From: Pocillopora damicornis
Lineage: Eukaryota
DNA length: 64,000 bases
NCBI RefSeq assembly: GCF_003704095.1
Contig: NW_020846775.1
Location: 310,001-374,000 of the forward strand
Direction of reading: 5' to 3'
A model generated the notes under the pieces. The model was not told the DNA's origin. It saw nothing but the letters and a program-made list of their open reading frames with translations, and made no database searches. Position numbers and translations under genes: made by a program. This document shows positions 35,601 through 57,701 of this stretch, in pieces. Every line of letters starts with the position of its first letter. Position 1 is the first letter of the stretch.

Positions 35601-38600
35601 CTGACCAATCACAACAAAGTTCAGCACATGCAAGAAAACTTCCAAAAAACACAAACTAATTTGGAGTTCAGTTATCCAAAGCCTTTACCCATTTGGCATT
35701 TCCCTGACACATAATAACATTCCATGCATGCCTCTGGTGTTCATTGTTATCTGTGTTTCACAGTACTGTACAAAAAGGAATGAGGGATCAGTACTTACTT
35801 AACTTCCATTGCAAGGGCTAATATTCCAGCAGCAAGAGGTGCTGAAGCAGATGTGCCTGTATGTGAATCTGTACATCTACCATGCAGGTCTGTGGTAACC
35901 TATAACCAAACATCATGTTGTTACTTGACTTCTGTTTATAACAACATTAAATTACAAATATTTTTTATTTGAAAACAAGTGATACAACCTGGAGGTTGTA
36001 ATGCTCTTTCAGCGACAATTTACCTCCAGTAGCTTCATGCCATTTTGTAAAGGTAACATTGAATCTTACAACAACAACTGTTATGATATTTGTAACAAAT
36101 AACTGAATAAATACAGTAAGGAAAAAGTATCTATACTTAATGTACATACAATTTTTCTCATATCATAGCTCCCACTGCTAAAAGTAGTGGCCAGAGTTGA
36201 TGCACAGTACTCAGAATACCATGGAGAAGTTCCATGTTCTGTTGCTGAGCTGATTGACAAAGTGTAAATACTATTTGTGTAGCCATCACAACTGCAACTG
36301 TCATGGCCTCTCCCCCCATTGCCAGAGGCCCACACAAAAATGGAACCTAATCCACCACGGCCCTGTAAGGGAATGAAACAAGCTAAATGTCATTTACATT
36401 TTTCATTTGATTTCTTTTATTATACAGCTCTTCTTTCAATGTTACCCTTAATAATACAATGGTATTTTCACCAAGAACATGGAACACCCAATTAAAAAGT
36501 TTGATTCAGACGTCATGCTTCTGCTGTGCTTTTGTTGAACTAAACTGAACTGAATTAAGTTTGACAAGATAGAAGCATGATGTCTGAACTGTGGCTTGCA
36601 TTAAAAGAGGCCATAACAAAAAAGGTTTACCTTTTGAACACCATCAGCAAATGCCTTTTTTGCCAAAGTAGCTGGTCCATCAACTGTTCTCCCATCATCA
36701 TCAGGTCCCCAGCTTGAACTGTACAAATCAATATGCTGAGGATTAAGACTCAGAGATGATGCCTCTACTGCATCTGTCACATCACCATCAAGCATGCGTA
36801 CACCTAAAACCCACAGAAAAACACATGTAAAAATTTTTGCAATCTGAATTGATTCACCCAAAAGAGAGTAACGGGTCCAGAGTGATGACACCTTAGCATG
36901 TGGTGAAAAAATCTCAGATCTTGGAGAAATAAGCTCACTGTAGTGTGCCCAGTAGCATTCTACAATCAGAGCTCTCCTAGTATTGGTAGCTTACAGGTAA
37001 AAAGAGACTTGATGTAAGTCTATCACAAATACACCTCAAGCACTTCGTAAACTCTCCCTGGCAATTTTCAGGTGCCCATTTACACTCTTGAGTGAAGAGG
37101 ATTGTGAATGTAAGAGGCCAAAGAGGCTTCAAAACTAATTCAGGTTTCTTTATTCCTTTGTTCTAAGGCCTCCTTTGGGCTAATTTCCTCTATTCTTTTG
37201 GAGCATCCAATCATCAAATTGTAGAAAAAAAGAATTATACTGAATTCTCTTTAAAACTTTCATATCTGAAATCAGAATTCACAGTAATCCTAAGTCATCT
37301 TCATCTGGCGTCAAACAACTCAGCCCTGGAGTCTTAGGCAGGCAACACACCTGAGGATTTTATTGCCATTGCAATGTTCAAAATTGCATGTCAGATATTG
37401 GGGATTTAAAGCTTTGATCACAGCAATTGGCACATAAAATCCCCAAGTGTGTCGCTGCCTTTGAGTAGAAGACAGCTGGTTGCAAAACATGGTCTAGGGG
37501 AAGCTGTCAAAACTGGTATTGCATTCTTGATTAAGCAATCTTTGAAGACCTTCAAATTTTCCCTCAATACTGACATTAGCCTGTAGATATTTCCTTGCAA
37601 CTGCATATGCAGGGTGTAAAATTGCACCCAATATAGGTGCCAATGCAACTAAATTTTTCATTTCGGCCACCAAATCCTGAAAATTAGTCGCCAAATTGGC
37701 AACTAGAGTGCTTCATCATAACGTTACTTAGAGATAAAGTGAATTAAATTGGACATCCTAGTGTCCAATTTGTAGCATGTTAAAGATCTTTTTCCTAACT
37801 TAATTTTGGAGGGTCTATCTAGAATGCTGACAGCGTTTAAAAAAGGTTTTATTTGTCTTTAAAACTGGTGACCAACTTTTTTTGAAATTAAATTTAGGAG
37901 CCAAGTGGCTATCAGAAAAAAAAGTTAATTTCACACCCTGATATGGTATCTTTTATTTGTATACTTACATGTTTATACCTATACAGCCAGCTTACCTCCA
38001 ACTTTTGATCCTGGTGCCACACCCACACCACAGACACTGTTGTTCCATGCAGCAGCCACTTCACCTGCACATCTTGTACCATGCCTGGGTAATGTGAGAA
38101 GCAAATAACTTAATCCTTCAATTCCCAGAAGTGATCAACATGGCATCAGAGCTTACAGAATTAACGAGGCAAAGTGTAAACTGATGTACCTCATTGATAT
38201 TGAAGCATTTGCTTGCCTTTTTACATGACTTACCTGTTTTCATCATTCCATGTTGGTCTTGGAGCAGGATCAGGATCATTGCTGTTATAGTCATAACTAG
38301 CCTCGGAATCCTGAAAGACATGTGATGTAATCATTAACCCTTTACACCCCAACATCAGTATCCATATTCTCCATTCTCTTCTCCATAAGTTTCCTTTAGT
38401 ACTGACAGGGAGAATTTGTTTAACAATCAAAGCTTCTTTGGGTGGTAATCATTTGCTTTATTCTCATGATCTCAATGAATGATTCAGCCATATAACTGTA
38501 CGGAGAAATTAGATGCTGGTCACTCTCTCAGTTTAAAGGGTTGAAGGGGCTTTCAGAAATCTTTAAGGTATCACTGAGTTTCTCAATCCTTCTGTTCAAT

Positions 38601-41600
38601 GGTAGATACTGAAAATAATGAAGTACTATAAAAGGACTGCCAATGTTTAATCTCAGTTTCACTTAAAACCATAAACACTTAAAGTGGCAACAACATAACA
38701 GCTTGCTTCATGGCAAACTCTTATATAAATTTATTTGCCAAAATTTCTCAAACTCATCAGAGCAACAGTACAAAACAGTGGCAACTTGGGGGTGCTTTTA
38801 CTATTTATTGATTATTATTAATTTACTGCAAAACCTTTTTAATACATCCCCCACAAGGCTATGAAAATGTGGTCCAAATTTAGGGGGTCATAAAAACAAG
38901 GTGGCTGTAAAAGGCCAAAAGCAAGAAAGGGTTAATATTGCTTTAACAATTACTGATAAGAACTTACATAATTATCCTTTAAATCCCCATGTTTATACTC
39001 AATTCCTACAAAAGAATAGGACAGACAGACAGACTGAGATGAAAGTAATAGAATGATAACAATCAAATTAACCATAGTCAGTGAAAGTCTAGGGACTAAA
39101 TTATGCTAGAGGAAATTGAAATATTCACAATACTAATGGTTGATTTCAAATCATTCATGGACAGAAGAAGCTTTTTTGTTCACTTTGATCTCAATGTTGA
39201 ACTTAATAATGAAGACCTTCATAGCCATTTTTCGCCTTTTCCATGTACAGATACAGTGGCCTAATGCAGAGTGAACTGGACTCAAGGTGAAGAGGTCCAG
39301 TTGAAATGAGTATGGGCAAAGCAACTGGGAGGCCTCATAAAACACCAGGGGGTAGCCTGTGAAAGACTAGCAGGAGTAGTTATACTTCTAGTTATTTAAC
39401 ACTTTCACTCTCAAGATCTCATTAGCAATTCTCCTAATTCTCTAAATATTGACTCTCCTTGTTGCCATGGCCAAAGAACCGAATACATCACAATGAAGTA
39501 TTGATTGCTTTATTGTGATCTATTTCATTGAATTTCTCTGTGAAACCATGGGCTGTAAGGACTAACTATAGAACTTTACATATAATGTATTCATTTGGTC
39601 AGGGTTTATTTCATTATCAGGGAAAAGTCAGGGAATTATACTGACATTTGATATCAACTAGAGTGAAAGATTGTATGACCCAGTAACTCTCCTAAATCAG
39701 TATCTACCGGTAATCATTATTAATTCATTATTGTTTGTATATTATGAAAGTGTCTCCATTGAGATAGTTCTAACAGCAATCAGATTTGACACAAAGAAAT
39801 TTCTTTTTCTTGTACTCACTCTTGTTGTCAATATTAGGGGAACTGTATTCACCAATAGTGAGCAACTTAGCTTAGCAATATCTGTGACAAATCAATATTC
39901 GAGGTCTTCAATATTCAAATATTCGTATATCTGTGTACTTGCAAAAGATATCCTGGTTAAAATTCACATACCATCATCTAGGATGGACACAACTATGCCC
40001 TTGCCAGTAACACCCTGTTCCCATACGGGAAGGACGTTGTGATCATATCCTCTAAATATACTGTCTCTATTATGCTGTAAAAGAAAAGCAATAATTCAAT
40101 GTGAAAAAAAAGCAAATGTTATATATCAGCCCTCCATTTGTAAGAGAGCTGTGCAATATCATTTATGTCGTTCCCTTACCATAACAAAATGTATTTCATC
40201 ATCTGGAAAAAAAATGGATAACCAAAACCCACTTGAAACTATTACTGAATAAAATCTAGATGGCATATATAATAACTGTTGCAATCAATAAGAAAGAAAA
40301 TGAGAGCCATTTTTTGAAAATTCATTGCTCCCTCTATCTCTTCCTTGAGATATCACAGTCATACACTGGTAAAAAGGATGGGTGCTCTCTATCACTTCAT
40401 GTACTTGTTGTACAAATCATTACCTAGTGCTGCTGTCAAATGCCTATGGAAAGGTGTCATTTTAGAATCAATCAAAAAAAGTGCCTGTTTTAGGTTCTCA
40501 GTTTGCAGGAAAACATGACAAAAATCCATCTAACAAAAGGAAAAAATAAAAGCTACTGCTATTGGTTATGTTGGGTTTATCTTTAATTTGTCTCCAGCTT
40601 GCCATGCAATCCCACAGCCCGCAGCTGGAAATAGGCTCTTTTTTTCTGACTTCCTTTTTATCTGACTTCCAACTGGCATTCTTAAAAGCAGTGCAAACTA
40701 CCAGTATAGCTGAGCTCAATAACCTAACAACCATTTTATATATCTCCTTGAATCAAGTATTTTGAATATATTCTGGGAGACCAAGAAAATATGAATAGCA
40801 GATGTGCAAGAGTGGTTTCTCCCACACGCCAATCAGACAGATTTGTATAAATGTATAATTTACCAGATCAGTACAAAATATCTATGTGGCAAATTAAAAG
40901 TGGAGTGGAATGAAAAAAGCAAATAAAATATTCCACTTGGAACAGTTTTTGAGTCAAAATGATTTTAAAAATTGTAAAAATCATAATGAAAAAAAAAATT
41001 AAAATACTTTTTCTCATGATAATAATTACAGTGAAGGTAAAGGGAAACCCTAAAGGAATATTTTATATAATAAATTACACCTGCTCCGCTTTCGTGAATC
41101 GTTTAAATTACACTATACAAACGGAAATAGAGAGTAATCGTCTTCAAAATGTTTCAAAAGAATTGTTTCAGATTTGTGTCTAAGATTATTTCAAATCTCA
41201 GAAATCTCTTTGCACAATTAAATGCACTACCGGTAAACGTAAACTTGCACATGGTACTTTGTAAAACGCTCTAAAAAAATTGGACTTTATGCTCTCTTCA
41301 ATTAAATTCTATAATTGGGTACAACTTTCACCGCAACGTATCCGCCTCAGATCTATCATTTGCACTTCAAAAATCGTTGTTGGTGTAAATTTACAACTCG
41401 ACAAAAATTTTCTCTGATCACACGAAAGTTTAAACATACTATTAAGCTCATTTCTACGACTATAAGAGCAAGAACTAGCTCCCTGGCAAACTAACGATAG
41501 AATTTGACTTACTCCTAACTTACCAGAAACCACTGTTTACTATAATCTGGATCATTTAACTTGGGATTATAATCTCTTCGTACACGTCTCTTCACAATTT

Positions 41601-42191
41601 GTTGATCTGCCCAAATCACCTTAAACAGAAGAAATAATATCATTAAAGTCGTTGAGGAAGTGCAAGACTGCCGTAACAAAAGAAACCAACTTCCTGGATT
41701 TAGCATGTTCCTGATAATGCTAGAGTAGATGTTAAGAATGGATTATAAAACGCAATGCATACATTAGGATGTTCACCAAGGTCCGATGTGATATCCATGG
41801 CATCGCGTTTCGATCGTTTGGGATGTGAATTGTGCTTGAACAAATAAAATCCTTCCAGACTTCCAACCTATAAATGAAGACAAAAAACACTTCCAATTCA
41901 TTGATCAAACAAACGCGTGAAATGAAGAGGATAAGTTGAATTCCCTCGAGCAGAAAACCTCAAATGAAAAATAGCATCCTTCGAGGCACTTATGCCACTC
42001 ACGGGAGGCTAATGAATCAATGTCTCCCCTACCTGGCCTAACAGTGTAAGATCCTTTTCTCTTGCTATCCTTTCGGCCTCCCGAAGACCACCATCAACCT
42101 TCGCAACCCATGTATTGGAATACACTTCCCGAGTACGACACGTCGCCAAGTTTAACACCGCGATAACCAACATGTAATAACTAGTATGCAT
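29691..42191 (-). CDS. PCSK5: Proprotein convertase PCSK5 (PC5/6B)-like: signal peptide, prodomain, S8 catalytic domain, P domain, ~18-19 furin-like Cys repeats, TM helix, acidic tail; 18 exons
   Basis: Exons 42191-42033, 41867-41763, 41619-41524, 40074-39972, 39005-38968, 38310-38234, 38084-37996, 36803-36631, 36362-36150, 35899-35799, 35464-35243, 35123-34831, 34469-34279, 33784-33148, 32819-32498, 32297-32080, 31733-31041, 30706-29691. Motifs [38 protein letters not shown]; tail YTSV plus EDEDEDE. Confidence 0.93.
37610..37940. mobile_element. Non-autonomous hAT5-like element (CAGGG termini, 5-bp TSD), shorter copy
   Basis: CAGGGTGTAAAATT..AATTTCACACCCTG with TSD ATATG on both sides; homologous to 61606-62059 in the opposite orientation. 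Confidence 0.8.
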
Positions 42192-42386
42192 TATCGCCGC
42201 TTCAAGAAACGATCTTGCCGCAAAAGTGTATACAGAATAAATCAAAAGTGAGCTAACTAAAATACAAAAGGAATAATCGGTACTGCGGAATACCTATACT
42301 GATCGAGAACGAACAAGTTCACATAATTTTTCCATACAGATCTACGTGCAATGTCAATAATATGCCGAAACAAAATATCTGTCTTC

Positions 42387-42396
42387 GTGACGTCAC
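42387..42396. promoter_or_regulatory. Palindromic CRE (GTGACGTCAC) upstream of the PCSK5-like gene
   Basis: Perfect TGACGTCA about 200 bp 5' of the ATG, plus a half-site at ~42435, in a CpG-rich stretch. Confidence 0.5.
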
Positions 42397-45300
42397 ACGA
42401 AGACTCCTACTTCCTTTAGTTTTACCGCGCGCGTGACGCAATTTGCTGAAAAGGATTCAGGGATAAGATTTATGGTTGATACTCGGAAATAGAAACCTTC
42501 CTAGTTGGCTGCAACCATTCGAATAAGCCCAACCTAAAAATAGTATGCGAAAAAGAAAGAATACATAGCGCGTGGGACTTAATGTTTACTCTAGAGTGAA
42601 AGCTGTGATAACACAGCCACCACGCGCCATAAAAGATGAGGAGAAAAAACAAACTCGCTTTTGCTTAAAGTTAATTGATTGAATTGCTAAACTCTGTGAG
42701 GAACATTACTAAAAATTTCCTGAATTTCCGAGAATACAGATATAAAGGAGTTCAATTCATAAATCAATTTGATTTACATTTTTCGTTGTCGCTACCTTCA
42801 CTTAATCTGTTCCATAAACGGTTTTCCGAACCACTGTTTGTAAAAGAATCTTTTTTACACAGCTGTTTCGCTCCCAGAGATTTATTTCAATGGAACAAGA
42901 ATTGAAAGTTCATTATTTTCAAAGTGCCAGAAAGGCAGATTTATGAAACAAAGCAGGTGCTTTTGTAGAAAAGGACTGTTAGTGAAGCAGATCTTCGAGT
43001 TTCTCAGTTAACAATAATATAAAACATCTCAGCCGAGCAGAGAAGAAGTGTCTATGCTGTTCAGAAGTTGAGTTTGCGCTAATTTTTCAATGGCGTACAT
43101 AACCTGTCAGTAATACTACAACATTGAAAAGAGTGGTGTCTTTTGTTCTAAGGTTACGAAATTCTCTTGTTGTGACAAATTTTTAATACCAATTAAATTG
43201 CCATAGCACACTAAAATGTTTAAAGCCTTTTAATAAGCGAAACAAAATAAAAAGCGAGATATGATATTGCATTTAAAGGAGTTTTTCCTTTGTACCCAGC
43301 GCCTTTAAAAGTCCGGCTACAGCTCACTTGTATCCTTCAAGGGATAATTCAGACAAAGAATACCATGAAAGAATCGCTGAATGTGTAAACCAGAGGGGGA
43401 AATCATTACATTTTTGGCACTCCATTAATTTCCTGTGGAAAACAGAGGGGCGCATCATGAGAGTGACATGTTGGTATATAGTAAATCATCGGCCGCCGCG
43501 GGGAAATCCCAGGTTGACATTAACCTTAAATCTCTTAAACTACAATAAATCATTCCCTCTCTTTGTGATTCCCGATACCTCGAAATGAAAGCGAACACAG
43601 CCCAACTTTATTCTGTAAATAACCACAAAATATGACATAACTCCACAAAGATAAGAGCGTCATGGAGGCGTTCTTGATGGGAAAGGATTTTATAACCGCG
43701 CCTGTCTTCACTTCTGTCGCTATCCAGGTTGCTAAGTAAATATGGGAAACTTGGAGCTGTATCCATATCTCCCCTCAAATCCTGAAACGAACACAGCTAT
43801 TAGTTCTACGCATCTTGGCGTCTATCAGGCTTCTATTGTGCCGTATAGGCTTTTTCTTTGTAATAAAAACAGACGAAAGGCAAAGTAAACAAACAAAAGA
43901 AAAAACAAAAACAAAAATCGCGCCTCGTTAAAAAAAATTCTTGCCGATTGGATGTTTGTCTCGCTAATCTAGTCTATTTATTTCACCCTAAACTGTCCTA
44001 ATTCTTTTTTTATAACAAAGATATCCTCAATTTTTTTTTTTGGGAGGGGAAAGTGCGCGGGGAGCGAATCAGGTTGCGTATTTTAGTATTGCGCTCATTG
44101 AAATTTCTAGAAAATGACACCAAGATACCTGCAAAAGTGTCACTGTTACACTCAATTAAATAGAGATGGATTTCATCATATGGGTTGGTTGTCGTGAGCT
44201 GAGCTAGTCCTGTCTTGAATTACGTCTTAAAAGGCAAGGACGTAAAGGCTGAGATACATGTGCCTTGCTCCCCAAAATGGTGCAATTCCATAGTGGGGCG
44301 TGGTTATGGAAATGTTTTCCAATAGCTTTAAGTCTGGCTGAACGCGGTGAGATACAGACAAAAGGTCTACTCAAAATGTGTTTGTATTGTACTTGTAAGG
44401 CACTTGACAGTTCATAGTCTTTGACCAACTGCTCGTGTTTAGGTAAAATGTCTGAATGATTTTTAATCTTTATGAATTAAAAGTGACGATAATAGTGGTT
44501 AAAAAAAACTCGAAAAAGATGTCGAATGCGTCCATTTCATTCTGATCAAAAGCGAGGACAGAGAAAAGGATGAGCGTGGTAGGAAAAGCGAAAAATGACG
44601 AGAATGTCAACATATCAACAAGATTTTGATTTATCATTTCAAGTTCCGATATATCACCCCCTCCACTTAAGCCGATGAGACCGATACTGGTCAACAGCTT
44701 GAGCGTATCAGGTGTGTCTAAGTTTTTTTTGTTGTTGTTGTTGTTTGTGGTAATGAAACAGAAAACTTTTCTAAAATAGAAACTTATTGCGTTCCTTTGG
44801 AATTCGCCCTAGCTTTGTTGTATCTCAAGGCGGGTTATTGCATGCACGCAAGGTCTACTACAAGGCGGTATTCTATTTATTTACTAACCGCAGTGATAAG
44901 CAAGTAAGATTTGTGAGTGATACTATCACAAGGTGTGAAATACGGTAAAAATAATATGTTCAACCCATTCGCACGCACTACGGAAATGAACGTTTGCACT
45001 ATACACAGACGAAAGTTTGTTGCTAATTGGCATTCTGTACACTCAAGAGCTTCAGAGTTGATAAAAACGTCGGAGAACCATGGTTGTATACTGTCTTGAA
45101 GCAGTACCCCTACTTTGAGTCACTCTTTCGAGGTCAGTTTTTCAGGGTTAATCACTGGGTCATCTCAAAATCGCGCCTATATTAGCAAAATATCTCAGAC
45201 GCTAGAGGAGACCAGATGTTAGTCTGGTATGATAAATCTTTCTTCCCAACAGGCGTGAAAGCTTCCCTTGCAAAATAAATCTGTAAACTCAACTGTCGCT

Positions 45301-46447
45301 CGGCTTATCCTTCTCTGTGCGGTAACAGTCTCACAGATAACCAGTGACTCCTTGGTGTCTCCATTGCTCACATCATTCTCTACATTTGCGCGTTTGTTAG
45401 TCAGACAAGAATTCCGCGCGAGCAAACCGTTGGTTCTACCAGTGCTTCTCAGTCGTTTGAGAAATCAGCTAAAACAATAGTTTTTTGACATTAGTAGGTC
45501 AAACTATTTCATTACCCAAGAGATCAACCACAACTCAGTTCAGTTATTTTATTCCTGCAAGTGGCCCCTGGGAGCGAAAGACATGCGCCGCCCAGAAAGG
45601 AAGGATTTTCAAAAAGCTTAATGTTCGGTTGAAATTTTAATGACCTAAAAAAGTTCTATACAGTTTCGAGGGGTTTATTAAAGAAATCAATGTGACCCCA
45701 TTCCGAGAGGTTGTGAAAAAATGGCGAGAATCGAGAGGGGCGGCGAAAAGGCTTTTGACCGATTACCGCATACTTTGCTATTGAAAAGCACGAATGCGGA
45801 GACCGAATCCCACTAAAAGCGATGAAGGGAATAGTACATATAGAAGGGTAAAAGGTCTGATCCTTCGATTTATGTAAATCGTTTTGAGCACGACGAGCCA
45901 AATTGCAATGTATTTATTTTTACTGAATTGCTTTAATCTCATATATAACTTTTTATAATCTGTTACAGCAATAATTTCCATAAAGGTTACGAGCTTAAGA
46001 TGTATTCAACGGCCAAATCGTCTCGTTTCCAAAATGTACATCTCACTTTTACCTATCAAAGAAATTTGGGCTGTCCAAAGCCTTCTTCAAGAAGATCACA
46101 GATATCGTTTTCCGAGAATTACTTCAGAAAAATCCTCTTAATCAATCATCAACCCCAAACAGAGACTGAAACAACAAAAAATCGAATAGCCACGGTTTTA
46201 AGGATAATTCTCGGAAAAAAATTCTTACAGTTTTGAGGAAGCAGAGAAAGCTAAGTGAACAGAAGAGCGTTAAAACATTGACCATACTGTGCAAGAAAAA
46301 TAATCAGAAATCACTTTTTCAGCTGCACCATCGACCTATAAATTTGATATCTTCTCCAACCTTCTGCCAAAATGGCACAACCACAACGATCAGTTACTAA
46401 AAAGAACTCCAAAACCAGCTGGAAGAACTAAACATTTGAGAACTACA

Positions 46448-53524
<7,077 letters not shown>

Positions 53525-54778
53525 GTTTGTTTCTGCTATATACGCAAAGAAGTCTGGTATCGAAAAACCGAAGCATTCCGAAGGAATGACGAATAATTAC
53601 GAACACATTCGAGGAATGTCTAACCCACATCTTTAAAGGAAATCGTCAGAACTTAACCCTTAACTCCCAGGATCAAATTGTATATTCTCCCCTAAAGCTG
53701 CTCCAAATTTCCTAGTAAGTTAGTGGCAATAATTTGGTGCTCAGGATAAACTGTACCTGATACATTGGAGTTCCCTTTGACCTACCAGCTAAATTTTGGA
53801 AGGATATTGTAAGAAGTTACAAGTGTATCACTCCTGGGAGCTAGAAGAGAGGAAAGTGTTCATTGCCCAAGGCATTAATTGTCAAAAGTAATCAGAACAA
53901 GGTAACAAAGAGCATGTTCTTTACTGATCTGATAGGGAATTATTGTTGATAAATTTCACAGGAAGAATGATACCAGCTGCGGTTCTTCCCCATCAAGTTA
54001 TTTTAGACACATCAATGCACATTTGTCTCATTTGCATTCAAAACTAAACTTGGTAGGGAATTCTCTTTACATTTGATTTGATTAACTTGGAGAAAGCATA
54101 GCTTCTAAATTTTGCCATTGAAATGTACTTTGTACAGCTGGTGTACTTAAGCCCGTCCATTAAATTCCATCTCGTTACGTTTCAGTAAAAAAAATAACCA
54201 GTGTTATCCCTATGTAAAATCACACTACATTACTAGAAGCCAACTTCTGATACAGAAGAATAGAACACAGCTTTTTAAAGACAGTTTATTGTCTCTTAAA
54301 TAAAGTTAGGTTAAAAATGGATATATTACATACAAGATCGTTACTCAAGAGTGTCAATAAAAACGAACGGCTACCAGATCTTATCTCGCAAAGAGATCCA
54401 AAGAACACGGTCTTCCGTTAATCCCCAATCACCGTGGATTCGGCGAAAAAACGAAATATCAGTGAACAAAGACTCCTTATTCGCCCGCCATTATTGTCCC
54501 AACCAGTGACTGACATACAACAGCGAAGACGGCGCCTACATGTAATAAAACTTAAAATTGACTAACTTATGATTGGTATTTACGATTTTGGTAACAAAAA
54601 TTCTAAAATCATGCAACTCTTACAGAGAGAAAAGTGAACGAAAAGGAGAACTTTAACCGACATGAAAAGTAGTTTAGTTACTGACGACTAGTGCATGCAT
54701 CATAGATATCAAGTTCGGTTCCTTACATTTAGATATGTTCCTTTAAAGTTTCAATATGTACAGCGATAATGAGCTAAT

Positions 54779-55368
<590 letters not shown>

Positions 55369-57414
55369 CCTTCGATCCGAGCGAAAGTCAAGCTCTTCTA
55401 CCTTACTGCGTTTCTTGTGTGAGCGCCTCGCTAAATTGTGCTCAACCCAGGATATCTTTCAAATGATTTGTTATCGTAGTATTTATCAGGTACAAAGTTA
55501 GCTCCAGTCTTGTTTATAGTCTTCGTGAGCTGAAAAATCTTCCGTCCCGAAGAAACTTGGGACAAAATCGTCACAACGCTAACTCGTTCTCATTTTAAGA
55601 TCCTTTAAATTTTTCTTCGGTTTAGTCTGAGTCGATATGTGTTTCTGCGCAATTACTTTGTGTTATAAAGCTTTTTTCTGTACATGGCATCTCTGTCCAC
55701 TTTATTGTGAGCTCATGCGGTGTAGTGATGTGACGCAAAACATTTTTGTAGGTTTCTGTGCTTATGAGCATATCCATACTTAAACTTAAACGTTCGATAC
55801 TCTTGCCTATAACGATTGATTGAGATTTAGGCATTTCATGATGATTATAAATTATTTATCTCGTGTTACTCTAACTATAATGGGTGAACAAGTCAGCTTT
55901 GCTTTCCACTTAACGCTGTTATTCTTTTTAATAACTCGTCGGCAGGAAGGGGTTTATGTGACAATGGCAGATGTAAACTCGGTAGTGGTCATACAGAAAG
56001 AAACGTCTCACGTTTGCGTGAAATTTGTTGTCTTAAACTTCTCAAAAGTTGATGAACTTTCTTCACTGGGTGAAATTGTACAGGAAGGAGCTGACTTTTT
56101 GTACTGATTTCCAACAGGGCATGAGAATATTTGTGGAAATATTTGGGTAAATAGTGTTAAATACTAGTTATACAGATCTTTTGGTTGTGTTTGTGAAGGT
56201 GTTAAGAAGTGACTTTGATTGACACTTTCAAAGGAATTTCCAGAAAAAAAATATGGTTTGGCCTTTTCTTTAATGTGGAGCAATCCTCTGTTAGTGATAA
56301 ATTGTGTTACCTATCTTTATGAGCTCATAGTTGTCACCATAGAGTGAGCTGAATTATTCACACTTTTCAATTGGTCTTAGTTATGAGCTATAAGAGGACA
56401 GATGCATATGATTTCATGATTGACAGTTTTTGGCCTCTTTATTATATAGAACAAATGGATGCCATGTTAGCACAGTAATAGGTCACTGAAGACTTCAGTA
56501 ACCCAGTTAGCTTGGCACCTTGTTCCTCTTTCTTGTTCTTACCACATTTTGACTGCCAAACAAATGCATGGCCCCATGGAATCTGTTTGTTAACTCTTTA
56601 ACCCACCGTATAACCCAACAGTATAACCCCTACATCATACAATAAGGTCATGGGAATAAAGAAAATAATAACCAACTATATATTATCTTGATTGAAAAAC
56701 AAATTCTCCTTGTCAGCACCTTAGGGAATGTATAGAGAAACAGTATGGAGAATATGCATACTGATGTTAGGGTGTAAAGTTAACCAATTTATTTTAAAAC
56801 TTTGATTTAACAGTCAAATCTTAATTCTTCAAATGTAAGGGAAAGAAATTTAGTTTGAAGATGTGAAATTTTAAAATTTCAAAGGTAGCATCCAATAACA
56901 TCTTATTGACCAGGTTGCAAGAGAATATTAGTACATTGTGCCCAACAACAGTAAGACGGGTTTCTCTTTCTTTACCATTTAAGTACCTCGTATTTTAATA
57001 CCAACATAGACTTCATAAAATATTGTCTTTTAATCTTGAATATATATAATAGCTTTTTTACAGGTAATTTCTATGATAAATAAAATGAAAACAGAGACCA
57101 AGAATTTCAGTTGATGTCAGGTCTGCATGTCAGTTTCTGTATGTGTGCACTAAGTTGTTTATAATGCATTCACTTACAAACACACCCATATGTACAATTG
57201 TGTTTTCAGAGAATTTGCTCCTGTAAATATAGAACATTTTCATAAAGATTTGTAAAGGGAAAGGCCACAAATTTGAAGTTAGAACAGCTGCAAAACCAAC
57301 CAAGTGCATTGTCATTCTACTATGAGGAAACTGTGATGATTATTACAATAAACAAGAAATATATGATTGAGCAAAGCAAAAAATTACTGACAAACACCTG
57401 GGATATTTTGCAAA

Positions 57415-57701
57415 TACCATATCTCCTCTATTAAGCACCCTCTCCTGAATAAACACCCACCTCCTAAACCATAATTTCAAACAAGCACCCCTTCCTTCCT
57501 CACTTTCTTAAATAGCAGGGATGCAAAGGGAACCTGTTCCTAATGCCAATTAATTTATAACTTTATAAGCTCTGACTGCAATGGAAGTACAGGAGAATAA
57601 TATGCACCCCCCTTAACATAGCACCCTCATTCCAATAAGTGCCCCTCCTTTGAGATGACGTTCTAAATAAGTGCCAGGTACTTATTCAGGGAGATAAGGT
57701 A
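57415..57701. mobile_element. Tc1/mariner-like MITE with repeated AATAAGCACCC motifs
   Basis: TACCATATCTCCT ... GGGAGATAAGGTA inverted ends with TA flanks; related fragments at ~60700-60960. Confidence 0.6.

Noticed and set aside
37494-37694. Similar short ORFs here and at 61975-62163 ([15 protein letters not shown])
   Set aside because: The similarity comes from two copies of the same non-coding hAT5-like element
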